A DNA stretch of 64,000 nt from Microbotryum violaceum (Eukaryota). The stretch spans positions 1,612,001 through 1,676,000 of the forward strand of contig CDLV01000008.1 in assembly GCA_001244265.2 (NCBI GenBank). The letters run 5' to 3'. Every line of letters starts with the position of its first letter. Position 1 is the first letter of the stretch. This document shows positions 40,901-53,017 of this stretch, piece by piece. Below the pieces are notes generated by a model that was not told the origin of the DNA, did no database searches, and worked only from the letters and a program-made list of their open reading frames with translations. Made by a program: the position numbers and the translations under genes.

Positions 40901-42767
40901 TCAACGCTTATCGCATTGCTCTCGGTCGCCAACGGATTGGAACCATGGCTGCAGTGTCTGGATATCCTTAACACCCATACGGCCTACGTGATTCCTCCAC
41001 TTGGCGATGAGATGGTGTTGAGGCTCCGCCCTCGATATTTGGCACTCGAGCTATGGGATGCGATTCGCGAATACACAGCATTGGCTCGAAAGTTTGATAT
41101 GAAACCGGCAGCGAACGCAATTGAAGCATACACACAATTACGAGAACGGATGATTTCCACTGTGGTTGGGATGTCGAAAGAGCGCGGAAGCCATTTTACA
41201 ACTCCATTTGGGCGAGGGAGTTATAGTAGCCCAGTAGTCAGTCAATCACTTAGCGAACCCCGCCCTCCCAAGACGATTGAAACTGGACGCTAATCATCAC
41301 TTTTTTCGGCAGACCTGGCTCGAGACACTTCACTCGTTCACCGTCGATCATCCGGTTCTGCCAAGCGCTGTCACGTTGAATGATCCCGACCGAACTCTCG
41401 TCGAATTACATCTCCAACGAGCCGGGTATTGCACTGCCTGCAACTGCATTCAGATTGAGGTGTCCCCAAGACGACAGTTTGTGGTTGACTGGCCCCTTCT
41501 CATCTCAAGTCTTTACCTGCCTTCGCATTCGCTGGAAACGTTGTCGGACGTCCTCGCCTCAATCGTTGGGCAACCGTTGAAATTGTACAGAGGCAAAGAA
41601 CTCAGGCCGTCGGCATCACAAGCGCAATTGCCCCGGAGGCTCTTACGTGCAATTCGTTTCAATCACCTCGCTCCCCCGTGTGATTGTGATCAACATCAAC
41701 AATATTTACCCGGAACATTCACTGGCCCCAGCTGAGCTACGCTTCGGTGTTTCGGACCAAATGCCAGAGATGGTCTGGCGCCTTCGGTCAGGAGTGTACA
41801 ACATCAACAATTCACATTTCGTTACGAACGCGACGGTTGGATACGGGCAAGAGGCCGCATGCTATCATTTCGACGCAATCAAAGGCTCTCTCGCTAGGCC
41901 GACAGGGGACAGGAACGCTGGCGGATTAGTTTCCGTTCTTTTCTACGAGCTAGAAGAGGAGTCATTGAACTTCTTGCAAGCCTTCGACCTAATGCTAACG
42001 CGGCAGTGGCACGAAATGTGGAGTCTATACCATGAGCCCTCTGATCCTACCGATATCGGCATTAAAGTGTCAAGTCTACCACCCAAAGGGACTCTTGAAG
42101 AAGGACAAGGTGTCTGGAAGATGGAAGATGCGTCGGCTTTTATTCATGAATGCGAGATAGTGAGTGTCGGGAACGCCAAAAAAGCAGATCAATAGAGCTG
42201 ACGATGCTCTCCTCTTACAATGTTTTCCAGCGGTGCAGTGCTCCTGGAGGAAATGACAGTGGGGAACATTCATGTTGATGGCAAGTTTGACTCACAAAGT
42301 TGTGCCCCAGTGGTCCAGTGAAGTTTTGGCCTTGTCAATCACTAATGTAGTGTACAGTAGGGGCTATGATAGCGGTCAGCAATAGTATGTATAACTAAAA
42401 TTAGTGCAAAAATGGGCATGGCGATACTTTGACAACCACTGGTGTGCGGAAAGAGTCAATTATTCACCAGCAGCAGCCAGTGCTCTTTGCGCGCGAGCGT
42501 ATCCTTACGCATGTCACGTGCGCGCGCGGGCGTATCCTTACACATGTCGACACATGTAAGGATACGAGGGTGCGGTAAGGATACGGGAGGTGCGGTAAGG
42601 ACACAGAAGTTTTGAATCACTACAAGTCTTGCAATACACATGCTATCATGTAGTCCTTGCAGACACCATTCAGAAATAGTTATATGTTGATGTTACAATA
42701 TCAAGATGAACAGATTTGGTTGTGTATTGACCTTAACTCATGTGTAAGGATATATCCTTACATGTAT
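37940..42767 (+). mobile_element. Mutator-like element B (GCM-MULE-USP); right TIR about 42490-42767, left TIR not found
   Basis: Transposase pseudogene, plus a right end whose backbone (cacaagtcttgcaa-like segment, gtattgacct, terminal acatgtat) is homologous to the TIR of element A. Confidence 0.8.
37961..42195 (+). pseudogene. GCM-domain + MULE DDE transposase + USP-like cysteine protease, inactivated
   Basis: GCM-like WAFS..KRRCMGVFVC..C..RP..CPITSCNG..C..WHSGYHLHPPP. MULE D (WPTDAH), D (VVDYSSAQ), CxxH (GCAFH), E (TTNAVESSH). Cys box WSDNSCWIDS and His box SHFV..YHFD. In-frame stops at 38096 and 39458, frameshift near 41.6 kb. Confidence 0.8.
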
Positions 42768-43469
42768 ACAAGCCGCCGCGAGCTCGGCCCACTTCATGCG
42801 AAAACCTTTATCTTCGAGACCTTGAATGCCGACCATTACACACCGTAAGTGGTACACGCCGTCGTGTCTACTAGTGGGCCGGAAAGTTGCATCAGGGGCA
42901 ATTGCGGGGCCACGCCCGCGGCGCCACCGATCGTTGCCACCGGCGACTCTGCAGAGGAGGGCGCGGCGTGGTCGTTGGTTGAGGTCGAAGCAGTCGTCAT
43001 TACCGGTACCAATAGGGTCGAAAAGTTTCGCGAGTGTAGAGGCAATGAGCACTGCCGTTCGAGCGAAACGAATAAGGTGCAGGGGCGAACAGGCATTTCT
43101 CTCGCCTACTCCACTCTAAGCGCATGCGCGCCACCCCCAGCAGGACCCCCGAAAGCCCAGCCAGAGGCGGCCCGCAAATTTGGACATTTTGGGAACCCGA
43201 AAATCGGCTAGGCAGCCCGCAAATTTGGACATCTTTGGCTCAAAATGGGTCGAGCCTCACCTCATTTTTGGACATTTTCGTCCCTCCGGTCGAACTTTGA
43301 AGCGCAGACCAGGGTAGCGGAGGCTGGAGGCGCAGGCTGCGCGCGCGTAACAGTCGCGCTGTTTGCGATTTGAGCGCGTTGGTAAGTGCTGCATTTGCGA
43401 TCAATCATGAAATCCTATTCGAGTCCATTTCAGTTTGACGCCCGACACGCCAACGACCGCGGTCGTGGC

Positions 43470-46423
43470 ACCCAATCACTGGCACTCTATACTCTACACA
43501 CGTGTCTACAAAGGTGTTGAAAATACCTGTGATCATTAATATCGAACCGAGCTTTGCTCTCACCTCCGAGGAATTTGCAATCTTGAGCCCTGTTGCCGAC
43601 CTACGCCTCGTTGACCTACTCGCGTACGACTGACTACCTGCGCCCGACGCTTCTCTCCGACTTGCTCTATCGAAAGATGACCCTCGACATTTTGACGAGC
43701 TGCCACGCCCCTTGAAGCAAGCTATCGGAAAGTTTTCCAATCAAAGCTTTCTATCCTTGGCTTATCTCGATGGCAATCGATCTGTCGCCGTATCGGGGTC
43801 GTCAATGCGCCTTCCTCTCGATGCCTCGGCGTTATGGGCCCATCTCGACAAGGCAGAAAAAATTCGATATATCATCCACAACATTTAAGAATGGATTCCT
43901 CGATTAGCTAACGCCGACACGATTCGGGAGCGTGAGCTTGCCAGTGCTCGTCATCACCTCACTCGCATACGTTGGACAGCTGTCGACCGCGTCTATCTCC
44001 GAGGTCGATCTACACGCCTCCAAGACTTTCTACAGATCCTCAGTGAGTTTGCATCCTCTTCATTCATGAGTCGATCCTGGATACTGATGTGGGTAGAATC
44101 TTGCGTGTGTCTGCAGGCTCCGCCTGGTACTCCGAAACACACATGGATTGGATGCTCGAGAGCGTCCTAGCAGCACCATCGTCTCTTCGATTCGTTGCCT
44201 TGCCCGCCTGGTTCTTATCCGATGCCATCAGGTTGAACCGACGAGGAGCGCGGATCGACCATTTTGGCAATGTCAAATTTGACGAACTGCATCATTTGGG
44301 GCTTGCCTCGCTGTCGGATCTGCGCCGACTCATTGAAAGGGACAACGATATCATCTGCTTCGTTCCCATTTGCCAAAAGGAGCGTTGGTATCTCTTCCGC
44401 ATCAACGCAAAACAGCAAGCCTGGAGTCTGGCCAACTCGATGCCCAGCCTGCCGCCAGCTTCAGATCTCGTTACTGGAGTACTCGATCTCATCGCCTACC
44501 TCGGGATCGCACTCAAACACAAAGGCTTTCAAGTCCTACCGATCGCCGTCCAAGGCGATTCTCACTCGTGCGGTCCTGCATGCATCAGTGTGGTCAAGGA
44601 AGAACTGCTCCGACTTGAGCCCTTTGACCCTCGGCACTCAAAGATGCTGCGTCTTCGCCAATTCAATCGGATTGCTCAGCAAATACTCCAAGAAGCGGAC
44701 GAGGATGATGACGGTGATATTGAAATGTACTCCCTGGACGTCTTGGAGAGTTATCAAGACAACACCTCGGAACTTGATGACAAAGACGTGATTATGTCGC
44801 ATTTCCATTGACTCGACAGCCGTTCAGTTCCCCCCTCTGCCTTCGTTGCGAGCTTCAACTTCGTCGTCTCCGTCACCTCCTACATCGCCATCAGCGTCAC
44901 CGTCAACGCCACCGTCGAATGCGGCAGCTGTAGTTACAGCGCGGAACCTTTGCGCGGACTGGTCAAGTGTTTTTGGTAACACGGCAAATACTGCATTTGA
45001 TGTTGCACTTCCGGGTCGTCCTTTACGAGCACAGCCATCAATCCCACTACCGCCGACTGTAGCTTCTGCACCTGTGGCAAAACTTCGTGGAGATTGGTCA
45101 AGGCTGTTTGAAACACCAACAATGCCGGTTGTAGTCAGGCCTCCCATGTAAGGATCTGAACACCTCCGACTCCTGACATGAGCAACTGCAGGCGCACTTC
45201 TTTCAGAGGTTCAACATCTCTCACTTTTGGTCTGGATCAGCACTGTCAGGTATCAAGTCCGTGCCTTGGGTTTGGGATTCATTGGGATCAGAGACTGGGA
45301 GAGGAGAGGGGGTTGGGTTGGAGGAATTGGTTGCCAAGTGGAGTTTATTGAGCTTGGACCCATGCTTAGTTTGACTGGCTCTCTTGTGCTCGCTTGCCCC
45401 TCTGGTGAGAATCACCTCTCATCACCGCCTAGTTTCTTTCGTATCTCGTCATCGACCCCAGCTTCATTGCTGCTCTTCTCTTGATTGCAAGGTAGTCCTG
45501 ATACAGCGTATACGTTTGGGTCTTCGTTGGGAGCAGCGCCTCGTGCTTTCACCTTCGCGTTCGAGTCACATATTTGACTCCGCATCCTCACCTCGTATCG
45601 AGCTCTTGTGTGCTCTCCTGGGTGTTGTCCTTTGGTCATCGACTTGCTTTACGGCTCAAGTCGATCGTCCTCCCTGCTTGCTGTTGAGTCTTCCCAGCCA
45701 GCTCTGTATCCCGTTTCGTGCGGTCCGTCTCACCCCGTGCAGGTTGCCCTGCCTCGATCTCGACTACAACACTCGACCTCGAGGGAGTGGTCCTGTCATC
45801 CCAAGTATCCCGTCGATGAATCCGAGATGCGAAAAAAAAGAGGTTTGCGAGCCGAAGCCCGCACGCAAAGCGCAATGGACGATGCGGCAAAGGCGCTGGA
45901 GCTTCAAGAGAAGTTGACTCGGTATACCCGCGAGATCGAAGAGGCATGTCCGGGCTCAAAAGTCTCCAGTACCAACCTGCGCGTCGTAATCTGTGGTGCT
46001 TGCCGCAAGCACATCAGGGTCAAAGGGAGTTTCCAACCATCTCGATTCAGGGACCACCTCAAAGGAGCCAGCTGCCGCACCAACCGTTTGAATCCCCGCA
46101 TCACTGGGTTACTACCCAAGGTTTCCGATTTCTCGACACGGCGAAGACTCGTGACGCCATCACGCCTTGCCCAGGTCTTACAACTCCCACTGGTCTGGAT
46201 TACCTAACGCGCACATCCGCTCCAGGAGGTGGTGCCTCAAGACGAAGGGATCTCATCATACAGGTGTATCCAGCCAAAAAAGTCGAGAAAAATATCCTAC
46301 TTGACAAGGACGAGGGGACACAGGTGAATCTTCACGAGAGGGACGTTCTAGAATGGCGTAACGACCATGTCTTGCAATGCGTCAAGAGCAGGACATGTCT
46401 GGGAGCAGCAGGATACAGCCCAA
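43470..46423 (+). pseudogene. N-terminal part of the P-like gene: Ulp1/C48-like domain, S/P-rich linker, Cys/His zinc-binding region
   Basis: ICFVPICQKERWYLFRINAKQQAWSLANSM..QGDSHSCG; ICGACRKH..FRDHLKGASC; PCPGL..YLTRTSAPGGG..WRNDH..C. Several stops and frameshifts. Confidence 0.6.
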
Positions 46424-46647
46424 TTTTTTGTTTTTGTTTTTGATAGACTTCATTAACAGCATAATTATATTAATACCTAGAAATCTTCGGAAAAGCCGGA
46501 GGGAATGCTGTTACGCACACTGGCAGAAGCCAGTGGTGTAGGACTCATTGACCCTGAACCAGGATCAACCATACCCACTAAAACCCCCTTTGGTCCAGTG
46601 GACTACGGGCCAATCCTTGTAAGGAATGCCTCAAGGGTAGCCGGCAA
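46424..46647 (-). mobile_element. Poly(A)-tailed retroposon (LINE/SINE 3' end) remnant
   Basis: The coding frame is abruptly replaced by TTTTTTGTTTTTGTTTTT (an antisense A-rich tail) and about 200 bp of AT-richer non-coding sequence, cut off by the Helitron. Confidence 0.45.
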
Positions 46648-49209
46648 TTTACTACCTCTATATATAAAAAAAGGTCGATCCGCGACCATGTACCTAAAAT
46701 CGCTATTTTCGAGGGTGTTGCGGCCCTCTGGGCCGCCTATAGTGAATGTACCAGTACAGTATTGGGTCTGCCTCACCTGCCTGTGCTATTGGCGTCGCGA
46801 CCAGAAGTCATGTACGACCCTTTTCGCATTTTCTGCACCATAAAAGTCGAGCTACAGCCCGAGGAAAATTTTTGTTGATTTTTGGCGGGGTGCCCAACTA
46901 TTGAGCAGTTTGTGTGAGATTTAATGTATAGCAAGCGCGTGGGTTTGCGTGACACTTCTTCTACAGAGCTCAGAGGTTGTCCCGCTGTCTTTGCGGGCGC
47001 GGCTTACGGATGCGCCGTCAATCACGTGATGTGTATTGTTTACAACGCGACACCGGTTTTAGGGGCTGAACAACAACATGATCTTCCAGGGGCTGTAAAT
47101 AGTCCCGCGATACTCTCTCTAATTCTTTCCTTTCCCTCCCACTCACCGAATTTTTGTGACAACCGCGCCGAGTCTGGCGCGAGGATAGCGTACCGCCGTG
47201 CCATGGGAGACCATGGGCCTGCTCGAGCTTACTCGAGCGCCTGCTGCTGGGCCCGCTGCTCGACTCTCCTCTTTGTCCCGCTCCGATCAACAGAATCAGC
47301 TCCCCGCGCACAATGACAACAACTCAACCGATCTTGGTATTGCGACCCGTATAAGCGCCGCCGTACAGCTTTGTAGAACGGACAGCGTGGTCAGCGCGAT
47401 GGCCCGATGGCCGAACCGACACTGAGCTCGCCCCACCACCACCTCTTCCTGCGCAGAGCAAGTGCACAGGCCTCGAACCCCGCTCAAACCACTCAAGCCC
47501 CACGTTCCCATCCGCGACTACCTCGGCCCCAGATGGCCGTGTGTGCCCACTGCAAGGCTTGATACTGGGAGTGCAAAGGACGAACCGGACACTTGAGCAC
47601 GTGCTGCTCGCAGGGTAAGGTGCAGCTACCTCCTCTCCGGCCCAATCCCGAGTATCGACAGCTACTTGAAGGGTCGGATACCGGTCAGTCTCTCCAGTCC
47701 GTCGTAGGCCCACATGCTGAACAGCTCGACCTACACAGAAGCGGTTGCATTCCGCGAGAATGCCCGGTCGTACAACAAGTTGAACGCGCTGTCTTCACTT
47801 CGCTCGCTGCCCACTTTGACCAGACTCGACTAGGCACTCAAGGACCCCCCAGGTTTCGGATTTTTTGACGCCTTTACCATCAACTGGGCCCACTCTCGGC
47901 GCCCTAGTTCCTGCCATCAATCAGCGCCCAACCTTTGCCAAAACATGGCTCATCTGCCCGGCCGAGGCCACCGACACTCAACTTGGACCCGACGGCGCAG
48001 ACAGTCGCATACAAAGATCTACTTTGACCAAGCTCAATTCTACGTTGCGTACCGGCAATCGCTTGGTGAGGGAACTTGCATCGGCCAAAGCTCGCGCAGG
48101 TTAGGCCAAAGAGTGGGTCCCGTGCCTCTGCCTACCAGCTGGCCGAGACCGACGCACCCACAACCTTCCTACGTCGAGCACGGAAATGGCGATGCTCATA
48201 TGCGATTCCGACACCAACACGGGAGATCGTGGACGTCAAGACCTTATTCTCCAGGTGCACGATGATCGATGTCCCAATGGTCGGCCCAAGTACCAAATCG
48301 TTAGCTCGCTCCATCCGTCTGCGATGCCTCTCCGTTACCCACTACTCTTCCCCGCAGAGGAAGATAGCTTCCACCTCAACATTCCTCTTTGCGCGTTCAA
48401 CCAAATTGGGCCACTCTTTGCCAAAAGACCGCGACGAGGAGGAAGGGGACGCAGAGAATGGTGATGGTGAACGTAAGCCCTTTCGGCTCTTTCTCGGATG
48501 TTCCATTCTGTTAAGGCGCACGCACAGACTGACATTGAACGTTTAAACGCCTAGGACGAAGCTCAAATAAAGGGGATCGAGGTGACGAGTCTCGCGTTCA
48601 CAATTATTTGCGTACTACTTGCACAAACGCGACGAGTACTTCTCAATCCCGCATTGCACCCAACGTGCCTTCCTGGCGTTCGTGATGACGGATACTCCCA
48701 GGTCGAGACCGATCGACTCAACTTACCTCCAGTTGGATCAAGAAAACCTCCGCCTCACCACGGGCCAAGGCATCATCAGCTTGACCCCTGATCAAGCTGG
48801 ATGTTCGGTGATTTTGGGCTCAACGTTCAAGAATAGACCGCGCGAGAACACACAGCGTTACCAAGATGCGATGCCGTGCGTCGTAAAACATGGAAAGCCT
48901 TCGCTGTTCATCACGGTGACGTGCAACCCCGAATGGCCTGAAATCAAGGCTGCACTGGGACCGAACGACCAAGCATGCAACCGACCGGAACTCATTGCAC
49001 GAGCGTTCGAAGCCAAGTTGAACCGACTCTGCGACAACGACGTTTTTGGCAACAAGCAACGGGCAGGCTGTTTGGCCGATGAATGGAGAACTGTTTATTT
49101 GCTGTACTTCGTAGTGTGCTTATTTAACCTCTGTTGAAATCATGTAGACTGTTCAATTGCGCTGCTATTTAAATTTCACCCTCCCGTTAATTTAACGGGT
49201 TCCCACTGG
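46648..49209 (+). mobile_element. Non-autonomous Helitron copy 3, nested in the P-like element
   Basis: 5' TTTACTACCTCTATATA after an A; CCSQGKVQLP, SVILGSTF, QRYQDAM, HGKPSLFITVTCNPEWPEI, RPELIARAF; perfect hairpin CCCGTTAA-T-TTAACGGG at 49183-49199, then CTGG followed by T. Confidence 0.9.
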
Positions 49210-49210
49210 T

Positions 49211-52200
49211 GTCTCTTTACAGCGGTTCTTCGTCATAAAGCGGTGCCCACGGAGACGCAGAGGTTCACCAACAAGTGGTTCTGCGCTGGGGACACGCTCA
49301 TCACGTCGATATATCGACGGTGCAATGGTCTGGAGGAACTCTTTAACTCGCACGACAAGCCAAACCTGTTCCTCCGATTTGCGCAGAAGATGGCGTCCGG
49401 TCAATTGCAAGGCCACGCCATTATAGATGGCATGATCCGTGCTGCGGTTACCAAGAGCGAACGAACAGATGCCGGCAAGACGATGCGTGGATTTGTGCGA
49501 ACCCAAGCTTTGGTCAACTTTGAGCAAGCCATTGCAATGGCATCGCCTGCCGCCCTGCGAGTCCTGCAAATGTCTATCGGCGCGTCATCAAATCGGAAGC
49601 TTCAGTGAGTTGTACAATGAGCTGATGTTGTTGTCTGCTGTGAGCCAGGTTATTGAATTCGTACATCGCCTGCCTCAATTGCTCGTATCACAGACACGTT
49701 CGGAACACGGTACACAAACTACGATTTGGACAGGACCTTGAACACATTGCTGCTGTTGCCAGTGAAATCTCGGCCGGCGCTGCAACATTCAACCTCCATG
49801 TGGACGATACTTGTTTGAGACCCCGGATTCGGACCATCCCAATCTATGACAACTTCACGTCCGAAGAACGGCACACTGTGATTGGGGTCGAAGGAGGTTC
49901 AATCACCTATTCAACTCAAGAAGAGCTACAGGCGATCTTCAACTCCGATGATCTGTAATACCCCAGGCCCTTCACGACTAGGTTACACAGTCCAAAAGAC
50001 TGACAATTTCAATAGATGCATATTGAAACCAGAAGGGTAGTTAAATAGCGTAAGGCAACCGAGCCTTACATGATCCCCCAATTGCGGGCACCAAGGTAAG
50101 TTCTGCGTGATTTAACTGTGCGTCGTGAACTGAAGGCCGACTAATTTCTTCGGCACGTCTTCTAGGTTCGCACGTACATGATAGCTTCAAACGCGGTCGG
50201 CTCGACAGCAAAACCCCTTGCGGCTTTTGTGATCGGCGAGAAGACTGGCACCACTGCCGCCGCGGTGGAGCTCGGTGGCTTGCTTGAGCTCCTCGTGAAT
50301 TTCGGAGTGGCACACTTGCTGGTATCAATTTCCGCCGATGGGGCCGCAACAGAAGGCGTTATTCAACGCAAGACAATGGAGCGCTTGAACGAGATTGAAC
50401 CATTACCGGTATCGTGCACATACATTCTACCTCGTCCACAGAGCAACGACATCTTCTCCGCAATCGTCATCAGATCGGCGCTAATGGGGGGCACACTCGT
50501 CGTCTTCTGCCGCGATGAGAAACACGTCGCCAAGAATTGTGCAAACGCCCTCGACACAGGTGCACGTTGCATCATTGGCGGCATGGGATGCTTCACTTTT
50601 CGGGATCTCCTGAAGTTAGTTGATACGACACTGCCTACGGAACTTCGTACTTTGTATCGACGAGATGTGCTTCGCCGCGATCGACAAGACGACAATGCGA
50701 CACGTCGAGCCTTTGGTTTTGAGACACTTGACACTGTCATACGGCTCGCGCGTGGTGGCAAGATAGATTAAGAAGGGGTCATCATACTCTTCCTTTTTGG
50801 CGAGATGCACGACGCAATTCATAATCGCGATCTACCACATGCTGAACGGGTTCTTATGCTCTTGACCGTTCGTTATGCCCTGGAGGGATGGACGAAATTC
50901 GCGGAGTCCCAACCGCGCAGTTCTCCCAACAACTTCCTCAGTCCTCAGACACTGGATGGCATCTATCGAGTGGTCGAGGGCTACATAGCACTTGTTCGGA
51001 ATTATCGGAACTATTGGCCGCAGGAGGCGTTTATTCCCTGGAGACACGGGACCGAGATGGTCGAACACTTCTTTGGAACATTGCGCAAGATTGTGAAGGA
51101 GTTTGATGCTCTGGACTTCCTCCAAGTACGTCTTCCTCCTTGACAAATCACTTGCAAGACTAAACCTATCTATGGCTTTCCTTTCCTCAGTCATATGCCA
51201 AAGTCGAGGTACTACAGCGTGCGATGCATCAACTTGGCACAGATGCGGCTGGCTCCGCGCAAGGTTATCATCACACCTACCAAAACCTGCACAATCTCAA
51301 TTTGACTGCGCTCGGTACCTATCCGGGCGATGGCGACATCGAGGCCATCGCTGTTAAAGCTGCGCTTGCGGCAAACGACATTCTCAAAGGACTTCGCATA
51401 TGGGACATTATCGAGGAACGGAACATCGAGAAACGCAAGCAAGCTCCTCTCCCTGACATCCTGGTCGATGGTTAAGTCTCAGTCATTTTCATTTATCTCA
51501 TCTTGTGCGAGTGACATGACACTTACAGGTCGTTTAACTTGCTCTCGATAGATGAGGCAACATCGACCGTTCGCCAAGGTGTCCCTCCGAACGTGGACGA
51601 GACTGGTCTGAACCAAGTCCTCGTTCATCTCCGTCTTGTCGGATCGGAGCCATTACCGTGTATTCTGCGACGCGAGGAACGCGACGCGATTTTGAGCGCG
51701 CTTCTTTCGGTGACTGCGCTTGACATTGACCAGGAAGGTCTCATGTACGTAGCTTGGTGTTTGAGAGCAAAAACCGATCACAAACAACCGTATATTGAAC
51801 CCTCAGCGATGCTGTTGATGCTGGCTTCGATCAAGCCGATGCAGAAGAAGAAGATCGACAGCTTCAAACGATCCTGGCCGAAGCATGCCATGAGCATGAG
51901 CAATCCGTGAGTGAACAAAATTTTCGGTTGATCGATGCATTTACTGATACAGACCCATGTTCCCAACCAGTGGGAAGCGCCCCCGTACCCGCGTCATCTT
52001 GGGGGCCCCTCTACTCTGTCCCCACACTCGACTTGGACAGCTTGCTCGCTCGACGACGTGCACACCAATGCCGACACCTCGAGAAGATCAAGTTTAAAGG
52101 TGGCGCGCAGAACGTAGCGTCAGATCAACCCTTTGCCCAAGACCGAACCGAGCACCGCGGCAACGTGCATTCTGCCGCACTTCGACGGATAGTCGAGACG

Positions 52201-53017
52201 ATGGAAATGGACAGGTATCGACAGTTTGTGGGGAACGAGAGGAACCTTCGCTTCAGCAATTCAGGGGCAAATATCCGGGAGAAGACGTTGCACGAGCAAG
52301 CGACAACTGCGATCATCACCGAGGGACGATCTCACGTTAGTCGCTGATTCGTGATGTATCATGACCCAAGCTGGGGCGTGCCTTTTCCTGCGCTGACGTT
52401 TGACTCCGACGCCACAGGACAAAATGAAAGGACGACGAGAGGTCTATGGTTAGATGTCGAACCACGTACTCGTCCGAGCTGTTGATGGTGATGTGTCTGC
52501 ACTCCGTCCTCTCAAGGTGGACACACTGGTCGTGTATGAAATCCCAGAAGAACCTATGGGTTTGCCTTCGGGTGAACAATGCGGGGAACGACTGGCAATC
52601 GGGATAGGTATGCCAAACTACTACTTGTGTGGGAAAACTCCACATGACTGACTGACTAGCACTGCGCATTTTACTTGTCACGTTCCCTGCAGTGAAGAAT
52701 ATTTACAAGAAGTCAAGCACAACTTACGAAAGAGTTGAAAGTCTTGACTCTCTTGCTCTTGTCGCAAATTGCAAGTCGATGGGCGCTGTATCATAAATTC
52801 GCTCGAACCAGACTTGTCAAGCATCAACTACGAGGTCAAGGACTCCACACGATCTAACTGGCGTGATGAACGGGAATTTCACATCACCGTCAATCAAGAA
52901 AAACGGTACAGGCTTTTGCAGAACATCAAAGGAATTCGAGCAGCATCCCTTGCTTGTCTTGCACCAGGAGACCGTTCACAGACGAAGACGAAGGGCGTTA
53001 ACAATGATGAAAAATGA
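49211..53017 (+). pseudogene. P/THAP9-like DDE transposase catalytic region, spliced and inactivated
   Basis: LHVDDTCL (D1), SISADG (D2), RDEKHVAKNCANAL (DxxH), DRQDDNATRRAF, PWRHGTEMVEHFFGTLR (E). Premature TAA at 50769 and a solo-LTR insertion. Confidence 0.75.
49954..50070. mobile_element. 117-bp solo LTR
   Basis: TGTAA...TTACA termini flanked by a 5-bp TSD, TGATC (49949-49953 and 50071-50075). Removal restores the frame NSDDPPIAGTK followed by a GT donor. Confidence 0.88.

Noticed and set aside
31393-42776. Elements A and B as one 11.4-kb composite with a 9-bp TSD (ACCGGCCGC versus ACAAGCCGC)
   Set aside because: Only 7/9 match, offset by one base relative to the termini, and the two ends carry different repeat motifs.
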